A DNA stretch of 64,000 bases, taken from the NCBI GenBank assembly GCA_051362555.1, contig CM120645.1, positions 18,352,001 to 18,416,000 of the forward strand, read 5' to 3'. Both the position numbers and the translations under genes were made by a program. The stretch is from Lingula anatina (lineage: Eukaryota; Animalia; Brachiopoda). Of this stretch, positions 39,724-50,900 are shown in pieces (positions within the stretch are counted from its first letter, which is position 1; each line of letters opens with the position of its first letter). Below the pieces are notes generated by a model that had not been told where the DNA came from, made no database searches, and saw nothing but the letters and a program-made list of their open reading frames with translations.

Positions 39724-42119
39724 AGGGATAACAACTGTTCATTTTGGCCAAAAAGGTTAGTCCCTGTTTTTTTTCTAAAAAATTTATTTATTTGTTTATT
39801 ATTATTATTTTTTTTTTATTTGTAATAATCTATTAAGAGAGTAACACCTTTTCGTATTATGTACCTACTGGCATTATTTCTACAAGTATTCTCTGGCCAA
39901 AATGCCAAAAGAAAAACGTTATCTTGCCGTGTTTTTGGAAAAACCGTTTTTTTTCTCTGAGCCCACGTCTTCCCTCCCGTTCACCTCCAGCTAAAATTAC
40001 CACTCAGTTTCACGTCTTACACCACTAGACGTCACTTCCGGCACTATCCTGTCTCCTTCGGTTCCCTTTATTAGACCGTAAGAACGCGTGCGCTATATTT
40101 ACAAGACGTAGATCTAATATTAACCTTTACAGAATATTTCCACCAAGACTTGCGTTGTAAGTAAGGGCGCATCCACCACAGAGTCGATCCGCGGACTATA
40201 ATTACTGCGGATCAAATAAGACAGATACACTTATAAACTTGCCACATAATCCCCTAATAGACACTGAATAGACTCCCCGCGGGGATAACGCAACAAGCAT
40301 TCAAGTGGGTCGGCCATATTTGTTAGTCCGCTGTTGTGAATGCAAACTTTGGTTGCGAATACGCCTAAGAAAACCTATGTGACGCTTTATAATTTTGTCA
40401 TAAATTTATGTTACGCTGCAACAGCATATCGCCTTATAGCTACATCATTTATTTCCGATATATTTATTTGGATATAAGATATATTTGGATATATATAAGA
40501 GTTAGTGTCCCTGTGATTTGCCTACTATAAATTATCGTTTCGTTCTGTTTGTGCAATCACAACTTTTACATAGTGAACCTCTTTCCAGATGATTGTAATG
40601 GCACGGCCGCGTTCAACATAATAGCCTATACATTCATATGTGTTATTACGTTATTGCTTTTTTAAAAAAATCTGTGTTGCTCATTTATTTGTGTAACAAC
40701 CTAGTTACAGTAGTAGTATTTGCCTGATTATTGTACCTTATTTATGAAAGTGTAGGTTATATGAATGAAGAAATCTGAATTTCTATCGCAGCAAACTCTA
40801 AATTCTGTCGTGATAACAAATCCGTGACTATGCAACAAAACAGTTATAGATTTTTTCATGTGGTCATTTCGACAAATCATTGATCCAAAGCTGGGATAAT
40901 TGACCGACGACGAGCTCCCTCTCCCCCGTCCATCTCACGCTGTCTTCACAATCACAATTGAGTCATATTCATGGAGGCCGTCACAATCATGGTTGAGACA
41001 AACCATCGCTGTCTATGGCACATTTCCCTTATTTATAGATATTGTTTATTTGAAAATGTTTTCATAGTGACAGGCGCCGTATTTTGGGTTGAGAGAGAGG
41101 AACAAAGCGAGGAAGAGTTCAACTACAATAAACCCTTTTAGAGAGATATTTTAGTCCTTGGCATACAACATGCAAGCAACAAAACGTTTCTATAAAGTCG
41201 GAATTACATGTAGATCTCCGAAGGGCTCTGTTAAGGTAATAATTCACTTTTAGTAAACCAAAATTCTGTCTTCATTAAAAATTGCTGCAATCAGGGAGTA
41301 AAAATTGTTGGAAACATTTTGAATCCTGATGTTAATTTCCTTCCATTAGAGGGATAATAACTCTTCGTATGAGATCTATATTTCACAATAAAAACATTTT
41401 TCACAATAAAAACTCATAGAAATTTAATATGTTCTGTTGTACAGCGAGAGGAGACAGCGAAGAAGGAGGTTGGGAGCGACGGAGTACGGAGCAGACGAGT
41501 TAAGAGACTTCACTTAGAATATGTAGCTACCGAGCGTTAACGAATAAATCGTTTAACTGGTCATTATGTGGACTTGGGTTTTCTTTGGGCGACCTTACGT
41601 AAATTTGACACGAACCGTGGAATCTTTAGATTGCGTTATCCACTTAGGAAGAGTGCATTCCTAGAGATTTAGATAGATCCATCCGGATCGACCTAACTCC
41701 CTGGGGATTCACGCTAAATTGCAGTCATCCGAGCGCGCACGACAGTTAATTACTCCCTTACAGCTTTTAGTAGGCGGGACAGACGCTTAAGCCGGCTAAG
41801 CTGACAGTAATCTAGTGAGACTCTCCACAGGGATAGATCGATCTAAAAATTTGTGGGAATGGGGTCTAAAATGTAAGTCTTAAACGTAATGTCCTATTTC
41901 GAGCCCACACTTGAATAAGGCGTGCAAAATTATATGGGTTTAGGACATTCATTCCATATGTATATGAAAAGGTTCATTGCAAGGGACTAACTTTATAACA
42001 GGGACTAACTCTGAATGTAAAAATGGATTAATGTTAACCCTTGGTAAGTATGGGAAAATTGTTGTTTACTCCAGGAAAATTCTTTTTTTTTTTGGCCAAA
42101 ATGAAGAGTTATTATCCCT
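39724..42119. mobile_element. Non-autonomous Kolobok-type element, 2.4 kb
   Basis: TTAA|AGGGATAACAACTGTTCATTTTGGCCAAAA ... TTTTGGCCAAAATGAAGAGTTATTATCCCT|TTAA (28/30 TIR, RR...YY ends, TTAA TSD). Confidence 0.8.
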
Positions 42120-43159
42120 TTAAAGTAAAAGTTTGGTGTAAATAAAGTGTGGTCTGCTTTCATTAGTTTCAATGGCGATGCATCGCAATTTAGCAAATGA
42201 GCCACAAGAATAAAACTACTACTGTACAGTGCTTTTATAAGGCTGCTTTTGGCATTTCGTTGGAGGAAATTAAGAGTCCGACAGAGAACCCAACGCTTTA
42301 TAATTCATCAAATATGCAAACAAAAATACATTGCCTATTCTAAATCATACGTCTACCATTAAATGCGATATTTTGGATCTCCCATATTTTCCAAATTATC
42401 GTCTGTATAAGAGTTACACGCCCCACAAAGGACCCTAATTTCAGTGTCCAATCACAGCAACGGGCGCTATTACGCCTGACCTCATCTAGCTGCTACCAGA
42501 GCTTACAAGCAGCTAGGCATTCCTTGAGATAGATTTTTGGAGTTTAATCTGGAATAACATTTCAGGCACCGGTCAAAATCTGTCCAATTTTGTTCAGTTT
42601 TGTTATAGTACATGTAGGTCGTTGACTCGGTGAGTAATGACCTAGCCACACATTGGCTATGTGGTTCAAATATGGCAATTTCCTTGGTTCTGTGAGTTAC
42701 CTGGTATTAAAGGTTTTCTGTGTGCAACCTAAAATTGCTCTTAAGGTGCCCCCTTTAAAATGATAGTCAAGTGGTTCCCAGATTATTCTCTTATTTGATG
42801 ACTGCCATTGGTGTTTTGGCACCTAAATGGTATCCACTCCAGATACTGACGTTGTTAACGACCCTATAGTCACTTTAGACTTTGTAGGTCTCTTCAGGAT
42901 GTCTGTAAATTCTGTTCTGACTAGTTAAGCGGTACTGGTGAAATCTGACCTTAATAAAAAGTCACACGGTTTTAGTGTTCTACCCAGAACATATGGCCCC
43001 CAATTCACTACAGAAACAGACGACGCTTTTTTGCTGTCTACAGTGGCTTCCTCATGATTAGAGATCTTCTGGTTTTCTGACCTGCTAAAACCAGTTTGGT
43101 GTTCTTTAAGGGCCACGAAAAAGGCGTTTTGGTGGCAATTAACCTCTAATTCTGGGCGT

Positions 43160-43591
43160 TTCTCTGTCAGTTTTGGAGATATAAGAGATGGTGAAAAGTA
43201 GGTCAAAGGTCAATTTCTTTTCCTGACGTTCGAAATTTATGGCACATATTATTTCACATTTTATTTTCACTACCACGTTGTTCTTTTTCATATACCTCAA
43301 CCCGTAAACCGTATGGATAAAAAAAAATAATAATAATAAAAAAAGAAAAGAAAGAAAGAAACGGACACCACCTCCACTGTTTGGGCTACAAAATGTAAGG
43401 TCTCTAGCATACGGTGCGGCTCCTGCATGAATTCGAGAGGGTTATCAGTTTTGGCATCTTATGGCCGCTACTCCCGTGAAATTGCACCGATTGACCCCAA
43501 ACTCACGACAATGAAAGAAGACCCTAAGTGCCCGTAACATTATAGGTTAGGTACGTCTGTGTAGTTTGTGAAAATCGGCAGAATTTTTTTT

Positions 43592-43624
<33 letters not shown>

Positions 43625-44001
43625 TTCTCATTTTCACAAAATTTGGGCTCGTTTGACCTTGAAATGAAGGTCAAATCCAAGGTCATATTTTAAATCTCCA
43701 CATATGAATTTCGGTCAGCCATCTGTAGAAATTTTTCCCTTCATTCCTTTGGTTTGGGAGATATTTAGCATTTAATTTTGCACATTTTGGACAAGGGTGC
43801 ATTGTAACGAGCGCCACACCTAGATCCCAGCACCGACAAAGCCCAAATCTTACGTGGATCGAGTTGAGACCTAAATCCAAGAGATGGGTACGCAGGCTCT
43901 TGCAGTCTAGGAGGAGAAGCGGTAATGGTTACTTGGCGGCGGAGCCGGCGGAACATGCGGGTTGGGATTAAAACCAGATGTACCGCCAGCGCCTACGCAG
44001 C
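43160..44001 (-). mobile_element. HINE family A partial copy
   Basis: Half of a 146-bp unit plus body ending GTACCGCCAGCGCCTACGC. Confidence 0.75.
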
Positions 44002-44393
44002 GATTCCTTGAAAAGCTTCACTACCTGCACACAGGCACGGGCTATTCCCCCCCCCCCCCCCCCCCCCCCCCCCCGAATCTCTCTACTTTCCGAGAGTAAT
44101 CCTCTATAATGTAGGGCATGACATGGCCTTTTTTTCTTTTTTGTAAATTTTATATTTCTTTGGTCGGGAATTGTCATACAATTTTCACGTCTGCGGTCGC
44201 CCCTATAAACGGCTGTGTAAATGAGCAACAGAGCACTTGGACCGGTCAATTAGAACTAAGATCTAATGTACCGTTTATTAGATCTTAGATTAGAACAATT
44301 AAACATCGAATCCATGTGCTGGGTAGGCCGAGTAATAATATGTCGTAAATTCTTTAAACGTAGTGAAAAAAAAACAAAAAAAACAAAAACAAA

Positions 44394-44439
<46 letters not shown>

Positions 44440-44499
44440 ACTAGATCTACATACATGTACAGTAATAACTTTTCCTACACGGCAGTAGCGCCATGCATT

Positions 44500-44735
44500 T
44501 ACCTGTAAGAGTAAGTTTACACTAAATACCGCTAGAGGGCAGTGGCCAACATAGTTAAAAAGTTATCTCAATATAATCTCTATCAGTTTGACTCGTTAAC
44601 TTTACTATAAGTTAAACTTGAGTTTTGAGTTAAGTTACCTCACACAACAAAGGTTAAATTACAGTGGAGTTCAACGGAAGTAGCTTGTCTTTACCGGAAG
44701 CTACACAGCGCAACGATTACAAAGTAATGGCGGAA
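44500..44735. promoter_or_regulatory. GPKOW promoter, possibly bidirectional
   Basis: ETS-like CGGAAGT/CCGGAAG motifs (~44676, ~44695), YY1-like AATGGCGG over the ATG, CTCF-like CCGCTAGAGGGCAG at 44529-44542, and a minus-strand donor CAG|GTAAAT at 44503. Confidence 0.55.
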
Positions 44736-44881
44736 GGTAACAACCAAGGATTTTCATTTTGTTTCACTAAAAGGATAGAAAATAAGACCATCAAAGGGTC
44801 ACCTGTTGCTGTGAATGAGTATGGCGGGATAAAAGTAGAAACCGACTTCATAACTGGTTTGGAAGAAAGTGAGGTCAAAAG
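44727..44881 (+). CDS. GPKOW: G-patch domain and KOW motifs-containing protein (Spp2/MOS2 family), coding exon 1
   Basis: ATG at 44727; MAEGNNQGFSFCFTKRIE...ETDFITGLEESEVK resembles the GPKOW N-terminus (SFGF...DF..vE..E); donor AG|GTATAT, phase 2, joins exon 2 in frame. Confidence 0.85.
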
Positions 44882-45723
44882 GTATATATATTATATATAT
44901 ATGATACAACTCGAAACGACACTACATATTTTTCGATACAAGTTAGAATGCCCATCGGTGGTATTTGCCTTAGTTTTTCAAACTCTAGTTGCAAGAGCGC
45001 CCTTTCGCGTAATGTTATAAATGTATGGACCCTCCAGAACTAACATCCAATAGATATTTTTTTGGCAGTGCCACAGCTTTGTATGAATTCATGTTTAAAA
45101 TTTTTCATCTTAATTTTCTTTCAGTTTAACTTTAACTTAGATAGTGCTTGTACTTGGAAAGCTGCTTGGTGAATTTCCAATGAGAAATATTTCGTAGCTT
45201 ATGCAAATATTCAGAAAATGACCATGCAGATAACAGAAAATTCACTAATCAAAATTGAAACTGCATAATTAGATAGAAAAACGTTGTGCAATTCTGACCT
45301 CGACTTGTCAGTGTAAACAAAGTGTACTGAATGCATTGCAAGCAAGCACGTGAATGCCGCATTTGATCAGACGCTTCATTTTACTTGACAACACAGTGTT
45401 TACGATGGGCATGACAGGAAAAACAGTGCAAAAAATACGTACTTCTGGTTTTCGTTGATTTCTTGAAGGGTGAGTCTACTATTTTTAATATCATAATATA
45501 TAAAAATAAAATTATCAACACAGAATGTGGCAGTGCCATGCCTTGTAACTTTTTTTTTTTGAAAACAGATTTTCAATTTTGAAAATCTTTCATTTTTTTC
45601 ATGATAATTTTAAACACAAACTGGAATGATTTATTTTAATTCGTTCATATTTGTCATTTACGAAGTATATTCACACAGGATGTTTAACACTAATCATAAT
45701 TTAATTAACTTTAAATTGTTACC

Positions 45724-45759
<36 letters not shown>

Positions 45760-47399
45760 GGTAACGCTAGGATTATTTCTGCTTTAGCCAAACTTCTGAA
45801 AAATTTTAGCCAAATCAAAAATTTTTCAGCCGTCTTATAATATTTTTAGCCAAATAAAAAATGACAATTTAAGGAATTTAAACCAGTTTCTATTTCATTT
45901 TTAATGTATTTTTTTTACAATGTCGATGCAAACAAGATTTAAAATCTAACGAATCTTTCCTTCTTTTTTTTTGTAATTGTTCAGCTTCTTGTGGTATAAC
46001 TATATACATGTAAGACAGACATCATCCGAAAGCTGTAAAAAAATTAATGATGCAAGTGATCAAAATTGATGTTTCTAAAATTGTTTGGACCCCATCCTCT
46101 TCCATTTGTATTAGATGTGCGGGTCCACATTATTGTCATTTCTGTTGTTGTTGAACTAATACATTTGAATGGCTCAACACTTTGTCTGCAGACAAGTCAT
46201 CTGAAACTGAAAAGTAAAAAAAAAAATGACAGGTCGTTGAAAACCAGTGACAGTGGGACGGTATTAAACATTAACAAATATCTCAAATGAAAAGGGGGCA
46301 GTATTCGTTTTTATGTATTCCAAAGTTAAAAAAAAGTTCAGATTTCCAACTGCTAAAGCATAAGCAAGGTCTCGGTGGATACGTCACGCCCCCCTCCGTT
46401 TTTATTTAAGATCTGCATCGATCTCAGGTATGCTATTTGGGCCCCAACCCAAAGAGTCGGAAATCCACAAATCCGTAGTCGGAAAAACCTCATCCCTGCT
46501 TAAGATAATAATACTTCTTAAAAGTGACATAGTTTTGGGCAATAAAAACATCAGTTTAATCTGAGCCCCAAGTCAATACAGCAAATGCAACTTACATGAG
46601 TCTCGGCATGTACCAGTTTATTGATTTTTCAGTTAAATTTCTCTCAGTTACTTGGTGGCAGGTAGTTTGTTGTCTAGACAACAGACTAGTTTCAGCCAGT
46701 TAAAACTACAAAGATAATGCGTAGTCTACTGGAACTTTATTGTTTTGAACTCAAATAGAATATCCACGCTTGGACTCTGAATCAGATTCTCCCAAGCAAC
46801 TCAAACGTGTAGTAAAAAAAAAAGACACCGATGTGTATTCCCCAACTACTTCATGTTTGGCCTCCCACTGCTGAACCGGTTCAGGCCAGCTTAAAAGTCA
46901 CCGAGTTGAGGGGTGAACACATACGGACAGTGCAGATACAGTGGCGCCGTTCTCTGTCTCCCCAGTGCAGAACAAATACTAGTATTAGTTAGTATTAATT
47001 AATAAATATTACATATTTTTAAAGCAAGGTCTGAGCATTATTACGTGGCTTTCTCTTGTATTCTTTAATATAGGTAAGGATTTTAAAATAAATTAATATA
47101 ATAATATAAATTATGTAAAATAATAATTAAACAATCGTAGACATGCACTTTGTATTTTCTAACTACCAGTATTTTGTGTGTACACATGAAAGAGTTTAAG
47201 GTATGTATTACATAAATATCCAGTACAATTATTTACTTTTAGAAATATTTTCAGGCAGTACACCAAAACAATTATTACGGAACTGAGTTTGCAGAAGATG
47301 CTGTTAATTTGATTGATATTTTTCTAAATTCTTAAACTCTTACATGTAATTCTAAATTCAAAAGGATTTGACAAATCAAAGTCTTGTTATAACCAGTAT

Positions 47400-47401
<2 letters not shown>

Positions 47402-47484
<83 letters not shown>
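47402..47484. repeat. (TA)n microsatellite
   Basis: About 40 TA units; shorter (TA)n tracts at ~12837-12862 and ~45726-45757. Confidence 0.95.
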
Positions 47485-47487
<3 letters not shown>

Positions 47488-47953
47488 AACCAGTGAATTT
47501 TAAGTCAGATCAGTAGATTTAAAGAAAATGGTGATCAGAATGGCCAGAAAGCTGAAAAGTTTACATCACAGACTGACATGCTGGAAAATGAAGCCACTTA
47601 TTTCACAGTGTACCTGATGTAGGCACATTTTGTGCTGCTCTTGTTATCGGACTTGTCTTTATAATTAGAGCATGAAAAATGATGTGCTTTTCAAATGTCT
47701 GACATGATCAGTAAATGTTTGACATTGAGATAAGTTGTCTGACATAATGTCAGACTGGTGTCCAAAGTTTTTCGGGAACACTGCTACAATTCAACTGATT
47801 TTTTCTGCCTTGCTTATGCCATGTCACTCAGAAAAGAGGGAAACCTGTATAACAGAAAAAACATGATAATTGCATTACGAACTAGAATAGCACTCTGAGA
47901 GCGCAGACCTCCGCCAAGTCTCCACCCAATGACGTTTCACCCCTAAATTTTCA

Positions 47954-50900
47954 TTAGTACCACCAGCGTGTACGCTGGCGGTACTCATGGTTTTAGTCCC
48001 GACCCGTCTCGTCCGGCTCCGCCGGCTCCTGCGGCTCCGCCGGCTCCGTTGGCTCCGTTTGCTCCGCCGGCTCCGCGTACTGGCGCCGGATACAAGTCAC
48101 CGTTACCGCTTCTCCTCCTAGACCGCAAGGACCCCTGTCTCCATCTCTTGGATTTAGGTCACATATAACCTCAACTTGAACCCCCAAGTTTTTTTGTCTC
48201 AGTCGGTGCATTGACCTGGGCGTGATACTCGTTGAATTGCACCTTTGTCAAAATTTTTGAAAATTCAATGCCAATTATCTACCCTACAGAAGGAATTATG
48301 GGAAAAATTTCTACAGACGACTGACCGAAAGTCATATGTGGAGATTTCAAATATGCCCTTGGATTTGACCTTTGACCTTTGTTTCAAGGTCAAACGGGCC
48401 AAAATTTTCAAAAAAACGAAATTTTTTGACAAAAAAAAAATTATTTTTGCTGTTATTCAGACACTACACAGACTTAACCAATAATATTATTGGAAAGTGT
48501 TCCCCTTTGGGTCATCTTTCATCTCCGTGAATTCGGGGTCAATCAGTGCATTTTCACGGGAGTAGCGACCATAAGATACCGAAACTGAAAACTGTCTATA
48601 ATTCGGGAACCATTAATGCTAGAGACCCATTCTTTTTTGCATTTTGTAGAGCATGTAAAGCCTAACACTGCAGATGGTCTCCGTTTTTTCATATTCCATA
48701 CAGTTTTCGAGTTATGCTGTATCAAAAAGTACATTGTGGTTGTGAAAATTATAACATTTAGTCCCTTATATCTCCAAAACTGGCAGAGATAGGTCTATAG
48801 TTACTATTAAAGTTGAATAGGAAGTCACATACTGGCAATTTAAATGTGACCTTGAAATTGACCTTTGACCTACTTTTCACCATGAATTGAACTTTGCAAA
48901 TTTTGGTTCCTTTTTATCTCCAAAACTGGCAGAGATAGGTCCATAGTTACTATTGAACTTGAATAGAAAGTCATATACTGCCAATCTAAATGTGACCTTG
49001 AAATTGACCTTTGACCTACTTTACACCATAAACTGAACTTTGCAACTTTTTAATGCTTTTATTTTCAAAACTGGCAGAGATACGCCCATAGTTACTATTG
49101 AATTTGAATAGAAAGTCATACGAGGCAATTTACTGTGACCTTAAAATTGACCTTTGACCTACTTTTAACCATAAATTGAACTTTGCAATTTTTTTATGCT
49201 TTTATTTTCAAAACTAGCAGAGATACACCCATAGTTACTATTGAATTTGAATAGAAAGTCATTAGAGGCAATTTACTGTGACCCTTAAATTGACCTTTGA
49301 CCTACTTTTAACCATGAATTGAACTTTGCAAATTTTGTACCCTTTTATCTCCAAAACTGGCAGAGATAGGTCCATGGTTACTATTGAACTTGAGTAGAAA
49401 GTCATATACTGGCAATCTAAATGTGACCTTGAAATTGACCTTTGACCTACTTTTAACCATGAATTGAACTTTGCAAATTTTGTTCCCTTTTCTCTCCAAA
49501 ACTGGCAGAGATAGGTCCATAGTTACTATTGACCTGGAATAGAAAGTCATTAGAGGCAATTTACTGTGACCCTTGACCTACTTTTTACGATGAACTGAAC
49601 TTTGATTGTACCATATTTAGTTTTTATGTACAGACACAGATGTGTATGTACATATAGCCATCATCTGCGTCTGTCGTCGCCGTCGCTGTCGTCGCCGTCG
49701 CCGTGCACTTTTACCGATAACACGATAAGTGGAAAACCATTTTACCTTTTGACTTGAAACTTGCAGAACTGATGACTATTCATAATACGCAGGTCAAGTT
49801 CGAAAATCAGCATGATCGGGTCACGTTTAGGGAATTTATGCTGTTTTTTCACTTTTTTCAGCATATATGCAGCACCGATAACACGATAAGTGGAAAACCA
49901 TTTTACCTTTTGACTTGAAACTTACAGAACTGATGAATATTCATAAAACGCAGGTCAAGTTCGAAAATCAGCATGATCGGGTCACTTTTAGGGAATTTAT
50001 GCTGTTTTTTCACTTTTTTCAGCATATATGCAGCACCGATAACACGATAAGTGGAAAACCATTTTACCTTTTGACTTGAAACTTACAGAACTGATGAATA
50101 TTCATAATACACAGGTCAAGTTCGAAAATCAGCATGATCGGGTCACTTTTAGGTAATTTATGCTGTTTTTTCACTATTTTCAATATAAATGCAACACTGA
50201 TAACACAATGTAAGAAAAACGGATTGGCCAATTGTAATTATACTCACAGGAGTGGTCAATCTTACTAAAACGCAGGTTGAGTTCGAAAATAAGCATAATC
50301 GGGCCATTACTTAAGAAGTTATACTGTTTTTTCACATTTCCTCAGATTCAATTATTAGGCATGTTAACAGTCTCATTATTTAACTAATAAGATGCCTAAA
50401 AGTGTTTGTTTGATATTTCCTGCATCTTTACAACATTGTTAGTTGATTATGTAAAAAACATGGTAAACTTGTTATCATGTATTGTGTAATAAAGTGGCAA
50501 AAATGGAAATAAACTCATATCATTGCAGTTTGTCAGATTCAATCATCCACTATGTTCAGAATCTCAGAATGGAGGAAATTGGACATTTAACACTGTTCTA
50601 TTGATACTTTTCCCATCTCATCAATTTTCTTAGTTGGACATATAAAAATGGCAGTAAAATGTTTATTTTGTTTTATGTTAAAAAAGTGTTAAAAATGGAA
50701 ATAAACCCATTTCAGAACAGTGCTGTCTTGTTTACATTTTGGCATTATCAAGGCGTGACTTTGAAGTTCCATGGGCCTGAAGACCTTTGCTAGTCACATT
50801 TTCTGAATATCTGTGATACAAATATTTTATAATTAAAAATTGATGGTCATTAAGCAGTTAAACATTATGTAATATTGCATCAAAATTTGAAGAAACCCCC

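Noticed and set aside
42610-42740. tRNA gene or tRNA-derived SINE (GGTTCAAAT B-box-like)
   Set aside because: No cloverleaf or clear A box; at most a decayed SINE head.
44455-44494. Minus-strand MALLPCRKSYYCT mini-exon as the start of a divergent protein
   Set aside because: Very short, downstream of a stronger donor at 44503, with no compatible next coding exon found.
44664-45020. 118-aa ORF as a single-exon gene
   Set aside because: Only 44727-44881 is GPKOW exon 1; the rest is upstream sequence and intron read-through.
47968-48211. Pro/Ala- and EPA-rich ORFs (also 17539-17803)
   Set aside because: Produced by the 9-bp GGCTCCGCC repeat in the family A end.
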